Source of the DNA: Felis catus
Lineage: Eukaryota
Direction: 5' to 3'
Assembly (NCBI RefSeq): GCF_018350175.1
Contig: NC_058368.1
Coordinates: 100,504,001 to 100,568,000, forward strand
DNA: 64,000 bases
Below the pieces are notes generated by a model that was not told where the DNA came from, ran no database searches, and was given only the letters and a program-made list of their open reading frames with translations. Each line of letters begins with the position of its first letter. Within the stretch, counting starts at the first letter, position 1. Both the position numbers and the translations under genes were made by a program. Positions 40,271 to 51,416 of the stretch are shown here, piece after piece.

Positions 40271-40640
40271 TCCGCCATAAACTTCTCTCTTTACACGGCT
40301 CGTGTTCCTGGTACGGCCTCATTCACCAGCACACCTGAAACTAATGACGTTGGTTAGCGTACTCACCGAGGTAGCGATTGTCAGTAACAGTGAGCCAGGC
40401 GGTGGGCGACAGCCTGCTAGAATCTTAGACGACAATCAGAGGAACCCCCTAAGATTGGGTCCATCTCCTTGGGGGCAGGATCACAGGGTTTTCAAAGACC
40501 AAGGATACATTTCTAGTAAAATAAAATAAAGACATAAGGGCACAAGGGTTCCCATAAAAATAAAAAAATGAAAATGAAAATGAAGAAAAGCAAGGAGGAG
40601 GACATAGTCCTGGGCTGCGGAGACAGCAAGGTTACGGTAA

Positions 40641-40993
40641 TTGATTGCTTTCTGAGTGGCAGGCACCATACCGTGCACATAACCTACTATGTCCCTGCAA
40701 ACTCTCAGCGAGAGCAGGGATTTGACTATCCGTGTGTTCATCGCTTAGAAACACCAGCCCTTGCTCAAAACATTAGTAACTAAATACATAGTGGTCGCTG
40801 AATACCATCTATTTTATCTGTGGAGTTAGACGCCAAAAGATTCTGGGTTTTTTCATTACAGAATACATGCCTGCACATCTGTTTAGCTTGGTGGATACAG
40901 AAGTAGGAAACCTAGGCTGGAGTCAAACGTAGCCTTGTATGCTCAGATTGGTTCTTCCGCATGACTTTTGCAGTATTGAGACGAGACAAACTC
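40641..40993 (+). repeat. 353-bp direct repeat, copy 2
   Basis: ttgattgctttctgag...gagacgagacaaactc, matching copy 1. Confidence 0.97.
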
Positions 40994-41547
40994 AATGCAG
41001 GGCCCCATGCAGTTCCCTTGCTGGCCAGCAGAGAGCGCTGTTGGCATGCACATGTAACCTTGCATCTCCAGCCAGGCCAAGCTTCGCTTACAGTCTTCCT
41101 GGAACGGGGTTTGATATGGGGAGGACAGCTTAGGTGAAGGTAAAAAGCACTGGACTCAGAATGAGGAGACATAAGATACAACCGTAGCCCAAGCTCATCC
41201 TTGGCAAGTCTCTGTGAATCAGTTTGGGGGCTGTCAAAGGAGGGGGTGGGCTGGACTAGTAAAAAAAATATCCTTTTCCATGTCCTGAGCACTTACTGCA
41301 TGCCAGACCCCATGCGAGGCCCTTCCATCAGCAGGGGTACCAATCCTGACTCTGCTGTACGTGGGGGATCTCTGTGATTTGGGTCAAGTTACTCACTCTC
41401 TTTAAACTTCAGTTTCCTTGTCTACTGATTAGCTAGAACAAATCTTCCTGAAATTACCCTGAGAATTAAATTAAGTGGATGTATACAAAGCCTTTAGACA
41501 CATCACCCGACCTGTCAACAAACGGCAGCTACCATCAATTACCGATT

Positions 41548-41767
41548 TCTTTTTTTCTTGTTTTTCTTTAAGTTTATTTATTTATTTATTTTGAAAGAGA
41601 GAGAGCACGAGCAAGGGAGGGGGAGAGAAAGAGAGAGAGAGAGAGAGAGAAGGGTTAGCACAAAATCCAGTGGGAGGCTCAAACCCAAGAAGCCAATCGC
41701 AAGATGATGCCTGAGCTGAAATCGAGAGTCTGGTGCCCACACGGGCTGAGCCCCCCAAGCATCCCCA
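41548..41767 (-). mobile_element. Can-SINE (older)
   Basis: Reverse body; TSD ttaccgatttc on both sides. Confidence 0.9.
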
Positions 41768-41902
41768 GTTACCGATTTCATTTTATCTCCACAATCATCC
41801 TGCAAGGTAGCGAGTCCATATTTTCTGTTCTGTAAGGACTCCTGAGGCTCAGTGATGTTCAGAATGTAGCTGTGGTGACCTAGTGTAAAAGTAGCATCAC
41901 CT

Positions 41903-42132
41903 GGGGACGCCTGGGTGGTGCAGTTGGTTAAGCGTCCGACTTCAGGCAGGGAACGATCTCGCGGTCCGTGAGTTCGAGCCCCGCATCGGGCTCTGGGCTG
42001 ATGGCTCGGAGCCTGGAGCCTGTTTCCGATTCTGTGTCTCTCTCTCTCTCTGCCCCTCCCCCGTTCATGCTCTGTCTCTCTCTGTCCCAAAAATAAATAA
42101 AAAACGTTGAAAAAAAAATTTTTTTTTTCAAA
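41903..42132 (+). mobile_element. Young SINEC_Fc
   Basis: CpG-retaining body; perfect TSD aaaagtagcatcacct(gg) 41887-41904 / 42133-42150. Confidence 0.96.
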
Positions 42133-43069
42133 AAAAGTAGCATCACCTGGATCAAAATCGAGCAGTGATCTTTCTACCACACTATGCTAAGCATTCTTCA
42201 ATCTTACACACTAAATTTGAACTCTTCCATCTTTTGGACTCTCACTTAGCCATGGGACTGAGCAGGTGGAAGCAGAAACAGCGTGACATTCACAAGATAC
42301 ACTAGGCTAAGCGAGCCACCCCCTAGGATCAGAGCAAGCTTACCACGTAAGGAGAGATGGAGTCAGCTCTGAAACTTGCCAGTTTGGTACCAGCCGCTTT
42401 AACCTAATGTCTTGGCAACTTTTGTGGTTGTTGTTTCGGCCGCTTTCTTTCACCCTTCAAAGTATGTGTGGAAATTAACTTTGTAAGGGGGGTATAAGTC
42501 ATCTTTTATCTAGAGATATCTGAAGGAGCAGTGTTAAATCAAGGGCTCTTGAATAAAGTCTCACAAAACGCCACTTGGGAAGCTTCTGCTTCCCCAATGT
42601 GTTGCCCTTCATCCAAGTAGATGGAACCCTCCCCTGCACCTGCCCCCCTTATGGACAAGGACCTTCCCGCTGCTGGATTGTATCACGCCACACTTAGCGC
42701 CTTAAGAATAACACAAGCCACCATCTATGTCTGCCTCCCTGTTCCATTCTGTGCTCAACACCCAACACATACTGTTCTCTGTTCTCCCAACAACACTGCA
42801 GTGTTTGGTTTTTTTTTTGTTTGTTTTTTTTTTTTTTTTTTTTGCCTGTTTGACAACTGGGGAAACAGAAGCCTGGAAGGAAGGGTGGTGAACCCCATAG
42901 TACATGACCGAACGGGGATGTGAACTCAGGATTGTTGGACTCCAGATGCCACTGCCCTTCTACCCCTCAATTTCCCCTCCCCAATAGTCCTCGCTATAGA
43001 AAAGGACTCTCTTCTGCACCTCAAGCTACCTCATGTCTTTGGAGAGCCACAGGGCTGTGTTCTGGCTCA

Positions 43070-43511
43070 GTTTGGTTGGTTTTTGTAAGAAGCATTCACT
43101 CTCCCGTCCCTTGTAGGCTTTCTAATAGGAGGAGCCTGGGATACGTTTCTTTCTCTTCCTTCGCACGCGGGTTCTGGGTAAAAATCTGTGCTCTGGACGC
43201 AGTGGGATGCATTGCATTGGATTTGGAAAGTTGGAAGCTCTTCTTTCCCCACCGACAGTGGCAACAGAGGCGTGGGCTGTGGAGAAGAGTAGCCTCCGTG
43301 CCCCCCTACCGATCACCAGCTCAGTGCTGAGGTGGTTCTCCAGGATCGCAACGGTTTCTGCAGCTCTCTGACTCCGGACCGCAGCTATGGCAGTGAACCC
43401 AGAAGCTAGTCACAGACGCCTAGCCTTTCTAGTCCTTTTGTCAGCACTTTAGTCTCTGTTTGAAATACTTCTAGTTATTTCTCCTTTCCTGTCTAAACCC
43501 TGACCGGTATT
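43070..43511 (+). mobile_element. Old ERVL-type LTR (family uncertain)
   Basis: 3' end ctctgtttgaaatac..tttcctgtctaaaccctgaccggta. Confidence 0.4.
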
Positions 43512-43800
43512 ATTCATAGCTTCTTCTGCATGCTTCTTTTCTTCTAAATACTCCTTAAATACAAGGGTGCTCTTAGATTCCGGATCTTCCTTTCCTGTCT
43601 TCTTACTTAAGACACTGTTTGGGATACCACTTGTATCTATGTTTTCACTTATAATCTTTATGCCAGTGATGTCCAGTTCGGCATTTCCAGCCTAGACCTC
43701 TGCTGTGAGCTCCCGTACATGTAGCCAAACCTTCAACGAGCACATTCATGTGAATATCTCACGTGCGTCACTGGGCACATTCACATGAATATCTTGAGTG

Positions 43801-44637
43801 TGTCCTAGTCCACATACTTTTGCTAGGTAGCAAACCACCCCAAAACATAGTGGTTTAAAACACCCATTTTAGGGGTGCCTGGGTGGCTCAGTTGGTTGAG
43901 AGACCGACTTCGGCTCAGGTCATGACCTCACAGTTTTTGAGTTGGAGCCCTGCATTCGGCTCTGTGCTGACAGCTCAGAGCCTGGAGCCTGCTTCCGATT
44001 CTATGTCTCCCTCTCTCTGTCCCTCTCCCACTAATGCTCTGTCTCTCTCTGTCTCAGAAATAAACAAATGTAAAAAAAAATTAAAAAACAAAACAAAACA
44101 AAAAAAAAAAACACCCACTTTACTATGCTCACAGATTCTTTGGGCCAGGATTTCAAAGGGGACACATGAGAGCTGGCTGATCTGTAATACACCATGTCAG
44201 AGACCTCAGTGGGGACAATTCAAGGTTCAGGCAAGTTGACAGTTTGGGCCTAAAATCATGTGGATATGTTTGGCGGTTGATGTGACCTGTTGGTTGAAAG
44301 CTTGGTGGAGCTGTTGCTGGGAAAACTGCACGGAGCCTCTGCATGTGGTGTCTCCACCTGGTGCCATTTTGGACATCCTCCCAATATGGCACCTGCATCC
44401 TGAGAGTAAGCATCCCAAGAGGGCAACAGAATAGGAGTGCGTGAAATTTTTATGATACAGCTTTATAAATCACATGGCATCAATTCTGTCATATTTCGTA
44501 TTTGTCATGGCAGTCACAAAGTCCCCACCCAGGTTCAGAAGGAAGGAACATAGACCCCCGTCTCTGAGCGGTGGACATATTGAAATCCAAATGTGATGAG
44601 AGCATGTGACCATCTCTAGAAAATACGATCTGCCACA
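43801..44637 (-). mobile_element. MLT1-type MaLR LTR, split by a SINE
   Basis: gcaaaccaccccaaaacatagtggtttaaaaca..ctcacagattct...aatacgatctgccaca. Confidence 0.8.
43872..44107 (+). mobile_element. Can-SINE in MLT1
   Basis: TSD aaaacacccatttta/aaaacacccacttta. Confidence 0.94.
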
Positions 44638-46879
44638 TATGAAAAACTCAGCATGTCCAAAACCCAAATCATCATCTTTCCTGCCCTCCTAATCTGCATG
44701 CCCTTAGTGAGTAATGCCATTATCCCTCAGTCACATGAGCCAGAAACTTGGGAGTTGAGCCAGAATCCTACCCAACCCCCTCACACGGAACCCTAGTTCC
44801 CACCCACTTAATTTGTTATCCAGTTCTTCCAGTCTTGCATTCTAAATAGATCTAGAACATATCTCTGTTTATGCCCATGGCTTTGGTTCAGGCCATCCAA
44901 TTAGGCGCCTGTCTCTCTCCTTGTTCTGGCTTCCCCCTCTCCACCCACCCCCAGGTCACACCTGTTTTCTGAGCTGCTGTCACGGTCCTTTTCTGAATTC
45001 CAAATCAGAGCTCAATACCCTTCATGGGCTCCCCAAACACCCTAATTTACTGTGTCGAGCCATCAACATGAGCTCTTCCTCTACCTCACTCTCATGGTGA
45101 CCATCTTTACCCTCCAGCTATACCAACCCATTTCTGGGTCCCCAAAGTCACTGAGGACCCTTCCACTGCTGCAGAGCCCTTGTGCACTGTTGCCCCTTCT
45201 GCTGTCCTTCGTCCCCCCCCCCCCTTCCTTGCCCTCCAAGACTCAGACAAGGAATTCCCTCTTGCAGGAAGACTTCCCCATGTCTCCTCCCCCAGGCTGA
45301 GTAGGCGGCCACCTTCTTGATTTTCGTTCACTTCTTCTTTATATTTAGCTAAACCATTAGCTTGCTTTGATTTTGGCAACCTTCCAATTCTGATTGCTCT
45401 GCAAAACATATGCAATATGGAACTTTAAAGCTGAAAGGCAGCTCGCCTATATGTTCCAACTTATACAGCCAAACTTGGATGTTATCATTTTGGAAACGAG
45501 AACCGTTGTCAGCCAGGTTATACAGATCAGACGTAGGCAGGTTGGGAACTTTCTCTTTGGACCCCTAGGAAGACTTAGCCCCTCTCCTCCAGGGAAAGAG
45601 GAGGCAAGGAGATTGTTTTTTAGCTTTTAAAAGATCTTCAGTTTTCTTTTACTGATCTCTCCGGTGAAAACATCCTTCATGAATGAATCAGGCATTTTCT
45701 TTCTTCTTTCTTTCTAATTTGTCTTATTTTACCTTTTCTGCCTAAAGTGAGGGAAAAAGCAAACTCACAGGATTCACCCTATCGAAGAAGTAACTCCAAT
45801 ACATCCAAACTAAATCAGAACTTAAGTTCTCTCTTTTCTTCTCAAGAGTATTTACTTCCTTCTTACAATGCTGCTGAAGGCAGTAGTTGATATGGTTCGA
45901 GAAAACCAACAGACATCAATAGCCCCAATAAATAAAATTGTCACAACCTCTTCAATTCCACATCTAGCTCCTTGATCTAAAACACTTTCTTCAGGAAGCC
46001 AAGGTGTGTTACTAGTAAAGTGATGTGTTTGCTCCCCAGAATGAGGAAGAGGTGAAATGTTTTTTTTAAAAAGACAGAAGAATATAGTAATAGGAAGCTG
46101 CTGTTTCTTCCCCTCTTGTGTAGGGGAGGAAAAAAGCAAAGATCATCTGTATTGCGACCGCCAGCATTTATCAGTTTTGTCTGCTCTCACTGCAGTCAGG
46201 TGCAGAGTTCTAAGAAGCAGAACCCTTGGAAATGGCTTCCATCACTCTCTCCAGTAGAACGAAGCAAGGGTGACGTGTTTTCCTACGGCAACTTCCACTG
46301 ATGCTTTAAATATAACAGGTACAAAAATACTTAATTCTTGCAGGTAAGGGAAGGAGAGGCCAAGAAGTGTTATAGTGGCTTTGAAACAAGTCATAATGAT
46401 TTGGCCTCTGTGAGACAAAGATGACACTACCTCGTTGTAGAAACTTTAGAACGTATCACCTACAAACAGAAGGAACATCTCCCATGGTCCTATCACTCAG
46501 AGATAAGCATCGCTAATATTTTAGTGCATATCCTAACAGTTCCTCTCTCTCCCCTTCTCTTTCTTCCTTCTCTCTCCATCCCCCTTCTGTGAGTGTGTGT
46601 GCGAATGTGGGCGTGTAAACGTGGACTCAGATACACGTGTTAACAGAATGAGAGCATACTTTAGTTCTTGTTTCATGACCTGAGTTTGAACCTACTTTTT
46701 GGAAACGTTTTTCTAAAATTGTATTTAATGAAACCATAGAACACCAACGTGAAATGGTAGAGGTTGTACCCAGTACTCTGCTGGTGGGTGACAATGGCCT
46801 TTGAATTATAGAATTTGGGGCATCAGTGACTGGCTAAGAAGGAAGCTGCTTTGGGTGGGAACTGGGAGGAGAATGAGAA

Positions 46880-47105
46880 ACTCAATGGTGCCAAAAACCT
46901 CGTTATTTCTACCCAACATGGACTCCACCAGTGGACATTCCATGCAGAGCCCCTGGTGACCTGACTCCGTCAGGATGGCATCACTGTCTGACGGCTTCCC
47001 CACCCAGCTCTGCTTCTTCACCATCCCTTCGCAGGCCTCGCTGCGGCTTAAACTTTGTGTTGCCAGCTCTGTCTCAGCATCTGCCTCCTGGCGAGCCTAC
47101 AGACA
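46880..47105 (+). mobile_element. LTR16-like 3' fragment
   Basis: ctctgtctcagcatctgcctcctggcgagcctacagaca terminus. Confidence 0.45.
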
Positions 47106-47157
47106 TAGGCCCTCCTGTGAGTCCCAAGAGCGTTCATTTGCACATTTGGCTTAGGAG

Positions 47158-47341
47158 TAGGATTGCCCAGTAGACTACGGAATACTCAGTGAAATTTGAA
47201 TCTCAGATCAACAAGTCAGTGTAAGTATGTCCCAGGCAACATGTTTAGGATATACTTATCTAAAGAAAGTCATTCATTGTTGATCAGAAATTCACATTTA
47301 ACTAAAAATCTTGTATTTTTATCTGCTGAATCTAACAACTC
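47158..47341. mobile_element. MER3-like hAT fossil
   Basis: cagtgaaatttgaatctcagat..gtgtaagtatgtccca..gatatacttat..cagaaattcacatttaact. Confidence 0.7.
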
Positions 47342-47835
47342 ACTTCTGGGGTTATCTTTGTGTCTATGAAACTTATCTCCTTAACTAGATCATAAGGTCT
47401 TTGAGAATATGGGCCTCAGGTTTTAGAATTTTTTGTTTCCCCAGAGCCTCCTCAGGAAGCAGTGATTTCTAACTGAGGGGTCCTTGAACAGTTCCTGGAG
47501 GGCCACAAACGTCCTAGAAAATGAAAGCTATGTTTTGTAGTTTTGTGCTCTGTAGATGAAAAGTAGCATGTACAATTGCCTGTAACTTACTCAGTATTCC
47601 TCAGTCCTCACAACACTGTGAAGTAAGCTTCCTCAAGAAAAAAAAAAAAAAACATAATTGCTGTTTCCATTTTACAGATTAAAATTAGAAAGATCTTGTG
47701 CTTGTGTGCACAAGATCACACAAAAGATAAATGAGATATTTAAGTCACATTCTCAGTCCAAGAAATCCTGTAGTCCTTCCTTCCTATAGGAACAACATGG
47801 CATAATTTTGTCAATTGAAAGATACATATGTTCAT

Positions 47836-48283
47836 GGGGCACCTGGGTGGCTCAGTCAGTTGAGCGACTGATTGATTTCGGCTCAAGTCGTGATGTCATG
47901 GTCATGGGTTGGAGCCCTGAGTCAGGCTCTGCACTGAGTGAACCTGCTTAAGATTCTCTTCGGGGCGCCTGGGTGGCACAGTCGGTTAAGCATCCGACTT
48001 CAGCCAGGTCACGATCTCACAGTCCGTGAGTTCGAGCCCCGCGTCGGGCTCTGGGCTGATGGCTCAGAGCCTGGAGCCTGTTTCCGATTCTGTGTCTCCT
48101 TCTCTCTCTGCCCCTCCCCCGTTCATGCTCTGTCTCTCTCTGTCCCCAAAATAAATAAACGTTGAAAAAAAAAAAAGATTCTCTCTCTCTCTCTCTCTCT
48201 CTTTCTCCCTCCCTCTCCCGCTCTCTCTCCCTGCCCCTCCCCTGCTCACAAGCACTCTCTTTCTCTCTAAAAAAAAAAAAAAA
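47836..48283 (+). mobile_element. Older Can-SINE interrupted by a young SINE
   Basis: Head 47836-47959; (CT)n and A-tail resume after about 48175. Confidence 0.9.
47962..48174 (+). mobile_element. Young SINEC_Fc (nested)
   Basis: CpG-rich body; TSD aagattctct 47950-47959 / 48175-48184. Confidence 0.95.
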
Positions 48284-48411
48284 GACAGCTTTAAGTTAGC
48301 TTTTGTGTAGAAATGAGTCTGTTGTTAAAAATGAATGACAGACAACAGTGTGCCTTTGTGTGGGAAGCCCCCATGGGCCCTTCTCAACTAAATAGGGAAA
48401 ATGACGTTGAG

Positions 48412-48779
48412 TGTTATAGTCTAAATGTTTGTGTCCCTCCCCAAATCCCTAGGTTGAGCCCTAACCCCCAGTGTGATGATGCTACAAGATGGGGCCCTTA
48501 GGAAGTAATGAGGTTTAGATGAGGTCATGACAGTGGGGCCCCATGATGGTATTAGTGCCCTTCTATGAGGAGGAAGAGACACCAGAGCTTTCTCTCCGCC
48601 ATGTGAGGTTAGCACAAGAAGGTGGCTGTCTGCAAGCCAGGTAGAGGGCCCTCACCGAGACCTGAATATTCCAGCACCTTGATCTGGAATTTCCCAGGTT
48701 CTAGAAATGTGAGAAAAAATATCTGTTATTTAAGCCACCCGGTCTGTGGTATTTCATTTCAGCAGCCTGAATGAAGACA
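48412..48779 (+). mobile_element. MLT1A-type MaLR solo LTR
   Basis: TGttatagtctaaatgtttgtgtccc...gaatgaagaCA; TSD ttgag/gtgag. Confidence 0.9.
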
Positions 48780-49155
48780 GTGAGTTTCAGATTGTCTCTG
48801 AGTCTTGACCAGCACAGCATTGTAACATTCAATACAACAAAGACTCAATGACGAACGTTAGGGCAACGTTCTTTGAGTTTTAGCCACATGGGGCTATTGG
48901 CCAGGAGTCCAGTTGCAGGCCTGCCATCACTGCATTTTCCAGAACTTACACTGCATTTTACAGATGATGATAAGAAATCAGAAGAAACAGTCCTACTGGC
49001 CCACCCTTGCCTGAATTTCTGTCCTGCACCCTAGAACTTGGCTGGTCTACCCTGAGCAGATTGTCTAACTCTGTTGTCAGCATTCCTATAGAAAAGGGGC
49101 ATTTCTCCCTTTCTTATAAATACAAATTGTGCTACTTGAAAATAAATCCAATACA

Positions 49156-49345
49156 GGGGCACCTGGGTGGCTCAGTCAGTTGAGCGTCCAACTTAGGCTC
49201 AGGTCATGATCTTGCAGTTCGTGGGTTCGAGCCCCACATCAGGCTTGCTGCTGTCAGCCTGTCAGCATGGAGCCTGCTTCCGACCCTCTGTCCCCCTCTC
49301 TCTACCCCTCCCCACTGTACTCTCTCAAAAATAAACATGAAAGTA
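49156..49345 (+). mobile_element. Can-SINE
   Basis: TSD aataaatccaataca/aatacatccaataca. Confidence 0.93.
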
Positions 49346-49677
49346 GCAATAATACATCCAATACACAAAAGCATGAACTCACAAAACATAAAGTTGGAGA
49401 TGGCTATTCACATTACACAGTGTCCTTCATTTAGATCCTTCTTTTCTGAAAAATCTTCCACATGGCACTTGCTCTTGATACAGAAGTCCTTAATATCTCA
49501 TCAGGGCCTTCACAATCAGGTTTTTCTCCAGCCGCTCCCATCTCCAAGGGCCCAGTACCCTGTATTCAAATTACAATCAGTTACTGGCTGTTTTATAGAA
49601 ATACCACAAGCATTTGTACCTTCTTTCCCTTTCTTTTGCTCCATTGGCAACAATCCCCCTCACACTTTAAAGCTTGA

Positions 49678-50600
49678 TGTGTATCATAAAGAATTTAGTT
49701 TTACCCAGAGACGCCTGGGTAGCTCAGTGGGTTGAGTGACGCTTGATTTTAGCTGAGGTCATGATCCCACAGTCTTAGAATTGAACACCATGTTGGGGTT
49801 CACCCTGACAGCATGGAGCCTACTTGAGATTCTCTCTCTCTCCCTCATCCCCCTCCCCTCGCCTCTCTCTCTAGAAATTGAAATTGAAAAAAAAAATATT
49901 AGTTCTGCCCAAAGAGAAGGCTTGGCCTTTTCCCTCAAGTCCTCAGAGGTCATCTCTGGGCTCTTGTAAGTGTCATGCTTGCTAAGAGGTTCTTGGTTTG
50001 CCTGGGGGTTTTAGGTAATGCTCTTTCTGGCAGTCTAACAATGTGACTTAGGATGGGACCGTCCACACCATGTGGTATTTGGAGTGGAGACTGTCCAGGA
50101 AGATCGATAATAGAAGGTAAAGTGGATACCTTAAGTAAAGGGGCATCAGTTGACTTGGAAACTGAGGTCAACCATGTGAGCAATGAGTTAATCAATCAGT
50201 TGTGACTGCATGATGGAATCCCAACAAAAACTCTACTGAGTCTTGGGTGAGCTCCCCTGTTTGGCACTGCTATGCACCACACACCAATATTGTCACACGT
50301 CAATGCCAGCAAAGTGAGGCTGTCCCCAAGTCAACAAGGAGAGAACAATGAAATATCTGCATTGGATACTTCCTCCCACTCTGCCCTATGTGCTTCCTCC
50401 CTTGGCTGATTTTAATCCATATCCTTTCCTTGTAATAAACCGTGATGATGAGTATAGTAGCTCTGAGTGAGCTCTGTGAGTCCTTCTTCAGAATTATTAA
50501 AACAGAGTTGTTTTAGGAACTCCCTGAACTTAAAGTTGGTGTCAGAAGTGAGAGCAGTCTTGCATGGATGGTGCTCCCAGTAACCTGACCATCCCTTGGA
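49678..50600 (+). mobile_element. MER21-like LTR, split by a SINE
   Basis: cttggctgattttaatc..gtaataaaccgtga..gagtatag..gtgagtccttc..gttggtgtcagaagtgag. Confidence 0.75.
49708..49897 (+). mobile_element. Can-SINE in MER21-like LTR
   Basis: TSD ttagttttaccca/ttagttctgccca. Confidence 0.9.
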
Positions 50601-50690
50601 GAGACTTTCTGACTCCTCCAGGAAGCCCCTCCTCTGGGGCCCCACATGTTTTCATACCACATAATAACACAACATATCAGGGTTCCTGTG

Positions 50691-51416
50691 TGTATTAGTA
50701 TCTGATTGCTGCTGTAACAAATTACCACAGGCTTAGTGGCTGAAAGAAACACTTCTATTGCCTTACTCTTCCAGCCCTCACAACTTCAAAATGAATTTCA
50801 CTGGGCTAAAATAAAGGTGTCAGCAGGGTTGTGTTCCTTCTAGAGGCTATAGAGGAGAATCTGTTCCTTTGCCTTTTACAGTTTCTAGAGGTTACCTCCA
50901 TCCCTTACCTCATGGCCTCTTCCTCTATCTTCAAAGCCAGCAGCCTAGCATCCTCCATTCTGTCCCATTCTGACAATCCCACCAGTTGTTCTAAGGTTTC
51001 TTGTGATTGGGGGAGAGGGGGTGCCCACATAATCCGGGATAACCTTCCTATCTCAAGAGTCTTTTTTATCCAAGTTTATTTATTTGTTTTGATAGAGAGA
51101 GAGAGAGATCTCAGGAGGGGCAGATGGAGAGAGACAGAGAGAGAGACTCCCATGCAGGCTCTGAACTATCAGTGCAGAACCCGATGCGGGGCTCAAGCCC
51201 ACAAACCCTGAGATCATGACCTGAGCTGAAACCAAGAGTCAGATGCTTAACCAACTGAGCCACCCCTGCACCACATCCCCCCACCCCCCACCATCTCACG
51301 AGTCTTAACTTAATCACACTTGCAATGTCCTTTTTGCCATATAAGGTAACATTCAATGGTTCTGGGAATGAGGATGTGGATGTCTTGGGGGAAGGGGCAT
51401 TATTCTGCCTACCACA
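50691..51416 (-). mobile_element. MLT1(C/D)-type MaLR LTR, split by a SINE
   Basis: tgtattagt..gctgctgtaacaaattaccaca...ggcattattctgcctaccaca. Confidence 0.88.
51064..51272 (-). mobile_element. Can-SINE in MLT1
   Basis: TSD atctcaagagtctt/atctcacgagtctt. Confidence 0.92.

Noticed and set aside
39918..40993. Definite LTR retrotransposon/TRIM call for the duplication
   Set aside because: No TSD, no PBS, and copy 1 lacks the terminal CA; kept only as a hypothesis.
41578..42180. 200-aa ORF, the longest in the track, and similar MAQ(L/S)VKRPTSAQV.. ORFs elsewhere
   Set aside because: Translations through Can-SINE sequence, not genes.
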